A DNA stretch of 64,000 nt from a virus (lineage: Duplodnaviria > Caudoviricetes). The position numbers and the translations under genes were made by a program. Below are positions 1-9,447 of the stretch, piece by piece. Where the stretch lies: positions 64,001 through 128,000 of the IMG/VR virus record IMGVR_UViG_3300042010_000129; one strand, 5' to 3'. Within the stretch, counting starts at the first letter, position 1. Each line of letters starts with the position of its first letter. The notes beneath the pieces are model-generated. The model made no database searches. It had not been told where the DNA came from and was given only the letters and a program-made list of their open reading frames with translations.

Positions 1-86
1 CGCCGCAAGAAATCCGCAAGTTCGCTCAATTCTTTTTGGCGGTTGCGGCTGACCTCCCCGAACTGCGTAAAGAACAGAGTAAATAA
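1..86 (+). CDS. 3' end of a CDS entering the window (..PQEIRKFAQFFLAVAADLPELRKEQSK*)
   Basis: Open frame from base 3 to TAA at 84-86 with the phage codon style, ending just before the next ATG at 89. Confidence 0.55.
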   Translation, partial: PQEIRKFAQFFLAVAADLPELRKEQSK

Positions 87-88
87 AC

Positions 89-391
89 ATGGCTAAATCC
101 CATTGGTTCCACGCAAAAGCTTCGAACGCAAAAAGAAAATACCTCAAGAAACATCCGGGTTCGATTTACGCGGGTGCCCGTACCGGTGCGGCCAATGGGA
201 ATGGCGCCGCTGCATACCGCGCACAAGTTGACCACATGCGTCAGGAAATCGCACAGATTAAAAAGCAGTTGCAAGCTCTGCACGAATCGGACTCTGCACA
301 CGACGGCCTGCTGCGCCGTCTGATGGCCCTGCAACGCAAGCTCACGATGTTCAAACGGGCCGCAATGGCAACCGCACGTTCGAGGAAATAA
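89..391 (+). CDS. Small basic coiled-coil protein (100 aa), possible internal head/DNA-binding protein
   Basis: K/R-rich ORF with a heptad-like C-terminal half; packed tightly against the next gene. Confidence 0.7.
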   Translation: MAKSHWFHAKASNAKRKYLKKHPGSIYAGARTGAANGNGAAAYRAQVDHMRQEIAQIKKQLQALHESDSAHDGLLRRLMALQRKLTMFKRAAMATARSRK

Positions 392-392
392 A

Positions 393-782
393 ATGGAAGT
401 GATGATCGCCCTCGGGGCCTCAATTAAAGTCAGTGACCGGGGCGAACATTTCGGTAAAGAATTTCGTTCCGAACACGGTTACATCTGCGTGAAAACTGGC
501 GGGCAATTCTCGCCGTGCAAACACAGCGTAACCGATTACGTGGTCAACGAAGAATCTCGCGGACAGGGCCACGGTGATTTTCTGCTGAAGGGAATTGTCC
601 GCACGTACAAATCGGATATCGGCGGTCAGGTCAGCAGCATTGCCAGCCTGCACGTGTTCTACAAAAACGGATTCCGACCAGCACTCAAACTCGATGCAAC
701 TTTGGAAGAGACGAAAAAGCTTTTCAAAGATGAATGGGGTAGCCTGCTGATGGTTTATAAACCGGCGAAGGATTTCACTTAA
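393..782 (+). CDS. GNAT-family acetyltransferase-like protein with N-terminal tag MEVMIALGAS
   Basis: Acetyl-CoA motif A-like VVNEESRGQGHGDFLL and motif B-like ASLHVFYKNGF. Confidence 0.7.
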   Translation: MEVMIALGASIKVSDRGEHFGKEFRSEHGYICVKTGGQFSPCKHSVTDYVVNEESRGQGHGDFLLKGIVRTYKSDIGGQVSSIASLHVFYKNGFRPALKLDATLEETKKLFKDEWGSLLMVYKPAKDFT

Positions 783-1705
783 TGGAAATGGAAATTGCGC
801 TGGCGGGTAGTTCTGTTCTGTATCATTTGATCCCGATGGAATACGCGATCCCAGCCCTGCAAAACAACCGCTTCAAACTCGCTGCAACCAACGAAGGCGT
901 TGAATCCGAATTCGGAAAGCAGCAATACTTCTTGAGCCTTGCGCGCTCGAAGCACAGCCACTATTTCAAAAGCGAAATCGGTTTTACGCACGTGGTGTTC
1001 GTCCTCGACGGCCAGAAGATGGGCCAGAATTACCAGATTAAACCTGTTGATTACTGGGCCAGCCAGAAGCATGTGACCTCCGATGAAATGGAAGACCGTT
1101 TGTTTGCCGACAAGCTGTATATCCCTTGCGTAAAATACGTGAAGGAAATTCATTTCATGGCCGAGCGCGAAGCCAAATACAAATCGAATGACAGCCTGAC
1201 ACTGGCGCTGTTGGCGAAACGTAACGGCATTGAGCTTTTCCAGTACGAAAAGTTTGAAGACTTCGTGAATCTGGACAAGCGCAAGAAAATCAAGCTGGAA
1301 GTCAGCGACAAGAAGAAACCGAAATTCGGTGCGAAGAAAGGTTTTGACCCCGGCCCGGATGGCGACCTGCAAGCTTGGTACGTGGCGTCTCAAATCGTCT
1401 TCAAACCAAACGAAGATTTCGGCACGCAATTTGTCAAAGGGGCCAAGCACAAAGAAGAACGCAAGGCCCGCGACCGTATACGTCGCCAGATTAACGACAT
1501 GAAGCGTTATATCGACGTAGAAAAACGCGCCGTCTACGATTTCAACAAGCTGCTTGGGTACGCGAAAGGCGGCGAAGATTTGGAATTCCTCGAAAAGATC
1601 AAACGCGTAAAACGAAAACTGCGCGTGGATACCAAAGGCTTTCTTGACTACGTGCGCAAGCGCTGGATGACTCAAGAAGAAAGAGAAATGCACGGCTTGG
1701 AGTAA
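782..1705 (+). CDS. Putative ADP-ribosyltransferase-fold protein with N-terminal tag MEMEIALAGS
   Basis: LYH near the N-terminus, FLSLARS (STS-like) and DEMEDR (ExE-like) occur in ART order and spacing; K-rich helical C-terminus; TAATG coupling to the upstream gene. Confidence 0.5.
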   Translation: MEMEIALAGSSVLYHLIPMEYAIPALQNNRFKLAATNEGVESEFGKQQYFLSLARSKHSHYFKSEIGFTHVVFVLDGQKMGQNYQIKPVDYWASQKHVTSDEMEDRLFADKLYIPCVKYVKEIHFMAEREAKYKSNDSLTLALLAKRNGIELFQYEKFEDFVNLDKRKKIKLEVSDKKKPKFGAKKGFDPGPDGDLQAWYVASQIVFKPNEDFGTQFVKGAKHKEERKARDRIRRQINDMKRYIDVEKRAVYDFNKLLGYAKGGEDLEFLEKIKRVKRKLRVDTKGFLDYVRKRWMTQEEREMHGLE

Positions 1706-1709
1706 CCGC

Positions 1710-3518
1710 ATGGAAATGCAATTGGCTGTGGCCGCAGTACGACTTAGTGTTGCGCGCCCATTCGTAAAGGGTTGGGATAAAAACGGAGTCGGCGTGAAAG
1801 CCATCCGTAAATTCCTGCCTAAAAATAGCAAAGGTTATCGGCTGTATATTCCGATCAAGAAAACGAAGGCCGACCGCGTTGTGGTGCCGAGTGCGGTATT
1901 CCACGCAATCCACGAAGCCGGGTATTCCATCGAAGATTACATCAACGGAATCGCGGTGGCCCCGGACGGTAAACGCCGCGTGCGTATCGGCAAACTTCTG
2001 CGTGATGCTGAAGCCATTAAAGAATTCGCAAACGATCCACAACGTTCGGCACACAAAGACGAATACACCTGCGTGATTTCTGCGCATCCTTACGATGTGA
2101 TCGGAATGTCTACCGGGCGCCGTTGGGATAAGACAACCTGCATGCGCCTAGCAACGCCTGAGAACAAAGGTGACGCGGGCGAAAAGGCTGTTGAGTTCAT
2201 GCCGGGCACCGTTGCGGAAGGCACGTTGGTTGCCTACGTGATCAGCCCCAAAGATAAAAACATCAACAAGCCGCATGCGCGCCTGTTGATCAAACCGTTC
2301 AAGAAAGCTGACGATCAATCTTTCGTTTATTTCAAAGTCGAAACCGCTGTTTACGGCCAACCGATTCCCGGTTTTAAACGCACGGTCGAGAACTGGTTGA
2401 AGCGCGTGAACAAAGGCGCACAGGCCGGTATTTATAAGCTGCATAAAAGCGTTCACATTGACCGCTCTGATGATTTGCGCACAGCGATTATCGCGGACTA
2501 CGAAAAGGTTGATGATAAAGACCAGTTTATCCTGAAAAATATGTACCCGGCTGGCGGGCCGAAAGTCTGGCTGAACGCCGACAAACGTTGGTTGCCCGAC
2601 ATGCTGCGCGTCACGACCGATACTCACAATCTGGAAGAAATTGTGAACGCTGCACGTGGGGCCGGAATTCATGCAAATAAAATCGGTGCGATTTACGATC
2701 AGGTAATTCCAGCCGACGACATGCGCAATTACGACCTGTCGGAATTCCTGTTGGGCACGCATGCGCAGGAATTGTTTGAAACCAGTAAACACCTTGGTGC
2801 CGCCGCCCGCGAACAATTCGAATGGGCTGACGACGAAGAAACCAACGCCGAACACGCGATGAAATACGGCCTTTACGATTCGCGCTGGCTGTCGTCCGTG
2901 ACCGATATCAGCCCGGATCTTTTGCGTCAATTGGCACAGAAATTCATTTACGGTGCGTACCGCTGGACGCCTGAATTGCAGGTATCGAAACTGCGTGGCG
3001 CCAAGCACATTCGGCTGTATCTGGCGTTTGTTGCAAACGGTTTGCTGGCCGACACCGGTTGGCTGACGCAGCGCGTAGACATTCGCAACCTGAAAGACTA
3101 CGTTAAGAAATCTAAAATCCCGGCCAGCTGGGATGAAGAAATTGTCGATCTGATTAAAACGATTAATTGGAACGCGAATTTCCGCAACTCCACGTCGAAC
3201 AGCATCAACGGTGAAGCCTGCGTACTCAACGTGGCGCCGGACTGGGCAGCGGTGTTCCCTGAATGGATTCCCGAATCGCGTCGGTTCCTTAGCGAAAAGG
3301 CGGTTGGTGTTCTGGCTAAAATGGCCCGGCACAATAAAACGATTCGCGACCAACTGGTTTACTGGGCATACAGCCAAAACCGCGATGCGCTTGCCAACGG
3401 TTATACGTGGTTTGCAGTTCGTAAAAACGTGCGTGATTTTATCCATCACGTGGCCGCGCAGAAAGGCGACGACGAAGCGATTACTTTCGCCCAACGCATT
3501 ATGTCTCTACAGAGTTAA
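1710..3518 (+). CDS. Large paralogue A (602 aa): tag MEMQLAVAA, conserved ~270 aa N-domain, unique C-domain
   Basis: Shares HPYDVIGMSTGRxWD..CMRL, EGTLVAYV, ARLLIKPF and VYGxPxPGF with the next two genes; SD GGAG upstream. Confidence 0.85.
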   Translation: MEMQLAVAAVRLSVARPFVKGWDKNGVGVKAIRKFLPKNSKGYRLYIPIKKTKADRVVVPSAVFHAIHEAGYSIEDYINGIAVAPDGKRRVRIGKLLRDAEAIKEFANDPQRSAHKDEYTCVISAHPYDVIGMSTGRRWDKTTCMRLATPENKGDAGEKAVEFMPGTVAEGTLVAYVISPKDKNINKPHARLLIKPFKKADDQSFVYFKVETAVYGQPIPGFKRTVENWLKRVNKGAQAGIYKLHKSVHIDRSDDLRTAIIADYEKVDDKDQFILKNMYPAGGPKVWLNADKRWLPDMLRVTTDTHNLEEIVNAARGAGIHANKIGAIYDQVIPADDMRNYDLSEFLLGTHAQELFETSKHLGAAAREQFEWADDEETNAEHAMKYGLYDSRWLSSVTDISPDLLRQLAQKFIYGAYRWTPELQVSKLRGAKHIRLYLAFVANGLLADTGWLTQRVDIRNLKDYVKKSKIPASWDEEIVDLIKTINWNANFRNSTSNSINGEACVLNVAPDWAAVFPEWIPESRRFLSEKAVGVLAKMARHNKTIRDQLVYWAYSQNRDALANGYTWFAVRKNVRDFIHHVAAQKGDDEAITFAQRIMSLQS

Positions 3519-3522
3519 ATAA

Positions 3523-6282
3523 ATGAAATTAGAAATGGCATTGGCCGCCGTGTCCATGAAAACGGCACTGAAATATCGCCGCAATTGGGATCGCAATGCA
3601 CCGATTGTGAAGCTGTTGCAATCCATGATGCCGTTCGGGCCGGGCAAGAAAGGTTATCGCCTGTATTTCGATATCGGCGTGAATCATAAAGCGCACTTCA
3701 CGGTTCCACCGGCTGTGCGTTCGGCTCTGCAAAAAGCAGGCTACGCGCCAACCGATTATCTGGCGAAGAAATGCGTCAAGATCGGTGACAAAGAACAGAA
3801 GAACGTTTTCAATATCGGCAAAGTAATTGCGAAAGATCCACACGCAAAAGCGGCGTTCGATAATGATCCACAATTGCAGAACACCAAACAGGGTGCTTTG
3901 CAGGTCGTGATCAGCTGTCACCCGTATGACGTAATCGGTATGAGTACCGGGCGTGCATGGGACAAAATGTCGTGCATGCGCCTTGCTGACGGCGAACACC
4001 GTCTCGATCCCGGTTCGAACGCGCATTACGTGCGCAATGACGTTTCGGAAGGCACGTTGGTTGCGTATGTCGTCGGCGCCGATGATTCGAATATCCAGCA
4101 CCCAAAAGCACGCTGCTTGCTGAAGCCTTTCTACAACGAAAAAGGCGAAGTGCTTTATCGTCGCGAAACCCGCATTTACGGCAATCCGGTTCCCGGTTTC
4201 GATATTATTCTTTCGCGTTTTCTGCGTAAGATTAATGCGCACCTTCCGGAAGGCACGTTCAAGATGGGCCGTGGCCTGTATGACGATGGCATGGGGCAGG
4301 AGCATTATCACAAAGCATCGCACGACGATAACCTGTCGATTGAAGACGTAACGACCGACACAGCGCACGCCGTGCAATTTGTGCAGCAGCAAATCAAGGC
4401 CATGCCTGACCACGATATGCGCGACGAACATATCGACAATATCATCACCTATCTGAACAACGACGAAATTCAAAGTCGTTTGAAAGAAACGCAAATTGAT
4501 GAAATCGTCGAAACCCTAAAAGGCGTGAAGGCCGCAGTTAACGGCATTCATTTGCTGGCCTACAAGGATCAGCCTTTGGGTACGGTGCTGGCTGAAGTCG
4601 GGCGCCGCATTGGCTCATTCGATAAAACGAAAGGTTTCACGAAAGAAATTCTGGCCGGTCTGGATGACGACCGCGTTCACAACCTTTCGCACGGTGGCGG
4701 CAATCCGGTAATCGAAGCGCTTAGCCGCGTGGAAGAATTGAGCGATTATGAACTGCGTGATAACTCGCGCATTTTCAAAATGATCCTCACTGGCAAAACT
4801 CCAGTACCTTCGAAAGAGGAATTGGAAACCTTGCCAAATTGCGCACGCATTTTGAATACCGCTGCGCACGCTGCCCGCCACATGACGATGCTCAATGATG
4901 ATTCGATGCAGAAAGGTGCATATGCAATTATCGACCTCGGAATTGACGTGGAAAATGCAATCTGGCTCGGCCCGGATGCAGCAGACATGATGTACGCAAC
5001 TGGCGGCATTAATCTTTTCCTCGGTTACGTGATGGATAACGTCGGCAAACTGAGTTCGGATGCGTTGTGGGCCGCTGACCCTGCCGTAACTGCAATGGCG
5101 CTCGCGAATCGCCGGGTGTTCCGCTTCCTCGATAAACAGGAAGATCGCCAAATTGCATTCATGATGGATCATGTGAAAATGGAACAGGTTAAATACCTGA
5201 TCCTGAATCCACGGCAGGAACAACTTTTCAAAGACAACAAAGCGGCGCTCATTAAATACCTCGACGATAACGAGGAAGTTATTCCGTCAATCCTCGGTAA
5301 TGGATGGGAACCGCAGTACGTGAAAAACTTGGCGAATCTCCATTTGCCAGCCGTAATGCATTTGACCGAAAGCGATGGCATTTTCACTTCGGGACTTGCC
5401 GATACGATGCAGGGAATTATCCCGGCGTTGATGGCATGGGACGGCCCGAAACTGGAACCGCTGACCACCGATGTGGAAAACGCATTGCAGATTATCGTGC
5501 AGGCCGGAAACCTTCTGGAAAAGCCGTTGCATCTGGAACGGAAAATCGACGAAGATCAATTCGAAATTCGCGATATCACGGACGTATCGGACAACTACGT
5601 GCAACGGGCCAGTGCCAATCGGTATACCCGTATTAAATCGTTCCCTGAATTGCTGTATAAGCTGGATTTCAACGGCGAACGTGCGGACATTACACATTCG
5701 ACCGAACTCATGGAACATTTGGGCGGCGATGCATTCGGTTGGGTTCCTACCGATAAGCTTCCGGGCGAAATGCGTAGCATGCTGAAACTGGTGCGTGAAA
5801 TGGATTTGGGGCCTGCAATTGATGCGCTCTACAACCTGATCAACGCAACGCGTTTGCTTCCATTGGAAGAGGTGGATGCGGGCGTTGAACGACGCATGAA
5901 TGACCGCGAAATTTTCATGCCCGACGATGACGTATTGGACGAAGACGCCTACGAAGAGGCAGACGCTGCGTACAATGAAATTCGTGAATCAATTGAAAAC
6001 GAAATCATTGAGAACAATTACAAAACCATTCGCCTCAATCGTAAGCTGTTGGAAGCGTTGGAAAAAATCAAAGACTTCGTGGGCTATGACGAAGACGTTG
6101 ACTATTTCGAGGACGACGCTCCACTCGCCACATTCGCCACCGATTTGACGAACGTTTCCGAAGACGATTACGCCGACAATGAAGACCGCGTGCGCGATTT
6201 GCGGGCTGAGTTGAAAAGTGAATGTGAAAGCCGTCCGAACGAACAGCAGGAAATGGAAGACGACGCTGGTTTCAGCGAATAA
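3523..6282 (+). CDS. Large paralogue B (919 aa): tag MKLEMALAA, conserved N-domain, acidic helical C-terminus
   Basis: Same N-domain motifs as paralogues A and C; D/E-rich last ~150 aa. Confidence 0.85.
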   Translation: MKLEMALAAVSMKTALKYRRNWDRNAPIVKLLQSMMPFGPGKKGYRLYFDIGVNHKAHFTVPPAVRSALQKAGYAPTDYLAKKCVKIGDKEQKNVFNIGKVIAKDPHAKAAFDNDPQLQNTKQGALQVVISCHPYDVIGMSTGRAWDKMSCMRLADGEHRLDPGSNAHYVRNDVSEGTLVAYVVGADDSNIQHPKARCLLKPFYNEKGEVLYRRETRIYGNPVPGFDIILSRFLRKINAHLPEGTFKMGRGLYDDGMGQEHYHKASHDDNLSIEDVTTDTAHAVQFVQQQIKAMPDHDMRDEHIDNIITYLNNDEIQSRLKETQIDEIVETLKGVKAAVNGIHLLAYKDQPLGTVLAEVGRRIGSFDKTKGFTKEILAGLDDDRVHNLSHGGGNPVIEALSRVEELSDYELRDNSRIFKMILTGKTPVPSKEELETLPNCARILNTAAHAARHMTMLNDDSMQKGAYAIIDLGIDVENAIWLGPDAADMMYATGGINLFLGYVMDNVGKLSSDALWAADPAVTAMALANRRVFRFLDKQEDRQIAFMMDHVKMEQVKYLILNPRQEQLFKDNKAALIKYLDDNEEVIPSILGNGWEPQYVKNLANLHLPAVMHLTESDGIFTSGLADTMQGIIPALMAWDGPKLEPLTTDVENALQIIVQAGNLLEKPLHLERKIDEDQFEIRDITDVSDNYVQRASANRYTRIKSFPELLYKLDFNGERADITHSTELMEHLGGDAFGWVPTDKLPGEMRSMLKLVREMDLGPAIDALYNLINATRLLPLEEVDAGVERRMNDREIFMPDDDVLDEDAYEEADAAYNEIRESIENEIIENNYKTIRLNRKLLEALEKIKDFVGYDEDVDYFEDDAPLATFATDLTNVSEDDYADNEDRVRDLRAELKSECESRPNEQQEMEDDAGFSE

Positions 6283-6307
6283 AAACAGTAATTTTATAGT
6301 ATGTTAC

Positions 6308-6343
6308 GCCGGGAAGGTTTAGGCTGACCCGGCTTTCTTTTTT
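6308..6343 (+). terminator. Intrinsic terminator-like hairpin after paralogue B
   Basis: GCCGGG...CCCGGC stem followed by TTTCTTTTTT. Confidence 0.55.
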
Positions 6344-6357
6344 ATGGATCAAAAAAC

Positions 6358-9021
6358 ATGCTAATTGACTTGGCTTTCCTCGGTACAGCAGCGGTTTCAA
6401 TGCGTAGTGCTTTGAAATACCGCCGCAATTGGGATAAGAACGGGCCTACCGTTCAATTGCTGCGCAAATTCATGCCGCGTGGTTCCAAAGGGTTTCGCGT
6501 TTATGTTCCCATTGGACACGCACAAGTTACGAACAACGTGGTTATTCCGTTGCCAGTTCGCTTGGCCGTTCGCAAAGCCGGTTTCCGTATCACTGATTAC
6601 CGGGCAAAGCGTTGCGTTAAGCTGAACGACAAAGATCAGAAAAACGTATTCAATATCGGTAAGGTTATTTCGAAAGACGCCGTGGCAAAAGCCGCATTCG
6701 ACAATGACCCGCAATTGCAGAACAGTTCTACCTCCGAATTCACAATGGTTATTTCCTGTCACCCATACGACATTATCGGTATGTCTACTGGCCGTGATTG
6801 GGATGAAACCAGCTGCATGCGCATGGGAGATTATCGCGACGATTACAGCGATGGTTCCAACGTCAGCTATTTGAAACATGACGTGGCCGAAGGAACGTTG
6901 GTTGTTTATGCCGTGCGTTCTGACGATACGAACATCACGAAACCATTGGGCCGTTGCCTGTTGAAACCTTTCCTGCGTGACGATGGATCGGGTTCTATTT
7001 TCTATCGTCGTGAAACCGATGTTTACGGCAACCCGGTTCCCGGTCTGGCTGAAACGTTGGCGCGCTTCCTGCGCAAATTGAATGCCGGTGTGCCTGCCGG
7101 GATTTATAAGCTCAACGAAAAGCTTTACAACGACGGCCTTGTACCGCGTGCAGAAAACGATGGTTCTTCCGAAGGGCCAACCGTTGACTGGGCAGTGGTT
7201 GACGATCAGCAGAAGCTGAAAGAACGTCCCGAAATGTTTGCAGATTTTGCGAACTATTTGATGAAACGAAACGCGGAAGGAATCACCGATACCAGTGTGG
7301 TGATCAACATCCTGATCGACCACGCAAAAACGATCAACGCACGTTTCGTCAAACCAGCGGCCCGCGTAATTGCCAATCCAAAATTCGCTGCTGCATTCCT
7401 CGAACATGCTGCGTCTTCATTCTCGGATTCCGATTCGGATAGCATCGCTAAATTCATGGCATCGCCTGAGTTCCGCCGTGCGCTGTTGCGTGCTGAACGC
7501 GAAGCAGAAGAGGCGCCGGATACCTACCGTTCGCTTTCGTTCCTGAGTCCGAAAAACGCACATCGTTATTTCGTGCGTGAAGTAAAAGACAATCCGGACA
7601 ATTACAACTATGCGGCAATCAGCTACGCGTGCGGCACCGTTGACCTGTTGCCGGACGATGTTGAATCCATTCCAGAACTACACAAACTCGTATTTAAATA
7701 TGCAGAGTTGATTCGTGAAAGTTCTGTGTTTGGTTCGACTGCTTATCAGGAATCGGCACACCGCGTGCTGTCTACTGTTGAGCCGTACAAAGGCGAATAC
7801 ACGCGTGCAGAAATCGAGGATATTGCCGCGACGTTGGCCGGTGATAAACAGACGTATCGCGCAATCATGGCGTGGTATATCAATTCGAGTACAGCAAACG
7901 ACCGGATGACTTCTGATTTCCTTGCCGATTTCATCAAGGAAGTCCGGTTCCGTTGGGCGCTACGTGATCGTCGGATGCGTAAACGAATTCTCGGCCTGAA
8001 AAACATTTCCGACAATGCCCGCCGCATGATTACAAATGCTATCGTGGAATTGATGGATAACCACGAAGCGCAGGATGCCGCCAGTATCCAACGTGACGTG
8101 ATAGCTCACATTCGCCGCACAGGTTTTGACTGCCTGACTGCCGGTAACTACCTGAGCATTTTGGGTAATGCCCCGCAGTTGTTTAAATCGCTGTGGTATT
8201 CGGAAGGAAATGAAATCGGTGCGGAAATGGTTGAGGCCCTGTTGGCCCGGCCTTCGATGCTGAGTGAACGCATTCGTGAAAATCCTGATGCAGTGCCACA
8301 AAACGATTTCCAACAAAACATTTTCCGCGTGGCAAAAACGTTCGTGGTTGTGATCGGTAATCCGACAGAACAAGACAAGGAAATTGGCGCTGTCGATCCG
8401 GACGTGATGCGGGTTCTGGTTAAATTCGGTGGTGCAATGCGTGCCCTCGGACACTTCATTATCAACCTCGCTGATTATCCGGAATTGTTGAACGGTTCGA
8501 CCTACGTTGGTGCCGGTATTTTCCCACTGGATTTGATCGGTGAAGACAACGGCCACAAGTTCCTTGATTCACTGCGTGAAAAAGATATCGACGCAACGCA
8601 AACCCTGTTGAAAGCTGTAGCGCACGATTTTGCGCAGATGGGTTTGTATGCGGGCGCAGCTACCCGGCAGAATCGCGTTCTCAGTAATGCCGGTGCCCCT
8701 AGCGGTATTGCAACGATGGCGAAATCCCCGCCAGAATTCGCAGTCGCTGCCCAAGGGCGTTACGTTGCGGCAATTCAGAAGGTGAACAGTTTTATCGAAA
8801 ACTTCCCGGTAAGCGGAACTATCGAAGACTGGGAAAAACTTCTGCCTCAAATGGATATGGAACATCTGCCAGCCTTCAACGAAATGGTGGACGGCATGCT
8901 GGATAATCAGCGTCAAGTTCAGCAGACCGCGCAGATGTTTGCGATGTTTGCCCAAGGCGAAACGAAAGAGGCATTGAAGGCCGCACTTCCGCCCGAATGG
9001 CTCACGATAAAGGATTTGTAA
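6358..9021 (+). CDS. Large paralogue C (887 aa): variant tag MLIDLAFLGTAAVS, conserved N-domain, helical C-domain
   Basis: ALKYRRNWD, KNVFNIGKVI, AAFDNDPQLQN, ISCHPYDIIGMSTGRDWD and SCMR are near-identical to paralogue B. Confidence 0.85.
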   Translation: MLIDLAFLGTAAVSMRSALKYRRNWDKNGPTVQLLRKFMPRGSKGFRVYVPIGHAQVTNNVVIPLPVRLAVRKAGFRITDYRAKRCVKLNDKDQKNVFNIGKVISKDAVAKAAFDNDPQLQNSSTSEFTMVISCHPYDIIGMSTGRDWDETSCMRMGDYRDDYSDGSNVSYLKHDVAEGTLVVYAVRSDDTNITKPLGRCLLKPFLRDDGSGSIFYRRETDVYGNPVPGLAETLARFLRKLNAGVPAGIYKLNEKLYNDGLVPRAENDGSSEGPTVDWAVVDDQQKLKERPEMFADFANYLMKRNAEGITDTSVVINILIDHAKTINARFVKPAARVIANPKFAAAFLEHAASSFSDSDSDSIAKFMASPEFRRALLRAEREAEEAPDTYRSLSFLSPKNAHRYFVREVKDNPDNYNYAAISYACGTVDLLPDDVESIPELHKLVFKYAELIRESSVFGSTAYQESAHRVLSTVEPYKGEYTRAEIEDIAATLAGDKQTYRAIMAWYINSSTANDRMTSDFLADFIKEVRFRWALRDRRMRKRILGLKNISDNARRMITNAIVELMDNHEAQDAASIQRDVIAHIRRTGFDCLTAGNYLSILGNAPQLFKSLWYSEGNEIGAEMVEALLARPSMLSERIRENPDAVPQNDFQQNIFRVAKTFVVVIGNPTEQDKEIGAVDPDVMRVLVKFGGAMRALGHFIINLADYPELLNGSTYVGAGIFPLDLIGEDNGHKFLDSLREKDIDATQTLLKAVAHDFAQMGLYAGAATRQNRVLSNAGAPSGIATMAKSPPEFAVAAQGRYVAAIQKVNSFIENFPVSGTIEDWEKLLPQMDMEHLPAFNEMVDGMLDNQRQVQQTAQMFAMFAQGETKEALKAALPPEWLTIKDL

Positions 9022-9447
9022 ATGGAACTGTTTATTGCACTGGCTGCCGAGGATGTGAGCGCACGGATTTCTGATGGTGTGCGTTCCATTCTGAAAAAGT
9101 CGTATAGCTCACTGTTCGCGAATGTGTTTGTGCGGGTTTTCGATATTGAGGATCGGCACAAATCGGATATCAAAATCGTTCGTGAAATGCCGAAAGAATA
9201 TGCACCGGTTTGGGTTACGGTCGAGAACGCGCAGCACGATATTGTGACGTTCGTTTTCGCGGTGCCTACGCTTGCGCCAGTGCTGCACATTCCAAACCCG
9301 CCGCTGGCCTACGTGATCCACAACGAAAAAGTCGAGCAATTCAAACTCGAACCACGCGTTGTGCAGGTTCGCGGGGCTGACTACGCAATCGCTGCTGCTG
9401 TCGCACGCCGGGCACCGAACTTTATTGAAATCGGAGTGAGCAAATAA
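9022..9447 (+). CDS. Hypothetical protein with N-terminal tag MELFIALAA
   Basis: ORF abuts the upstream stop; tag matches its neighbours. Confidence 0.75.
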   Translation: MELFIALAAEDVSARISDGVRSILKKSYSSLFANVFVRVFDIEDRHKSDIKIVREMPKEYAPVWVTVENAQHDIVTFVFAVPTLAPVLHIPNPPLAYVIHNEKVEQFKLEPRVVQVRGADYAIAAAVARRAPNFIEIGVSK

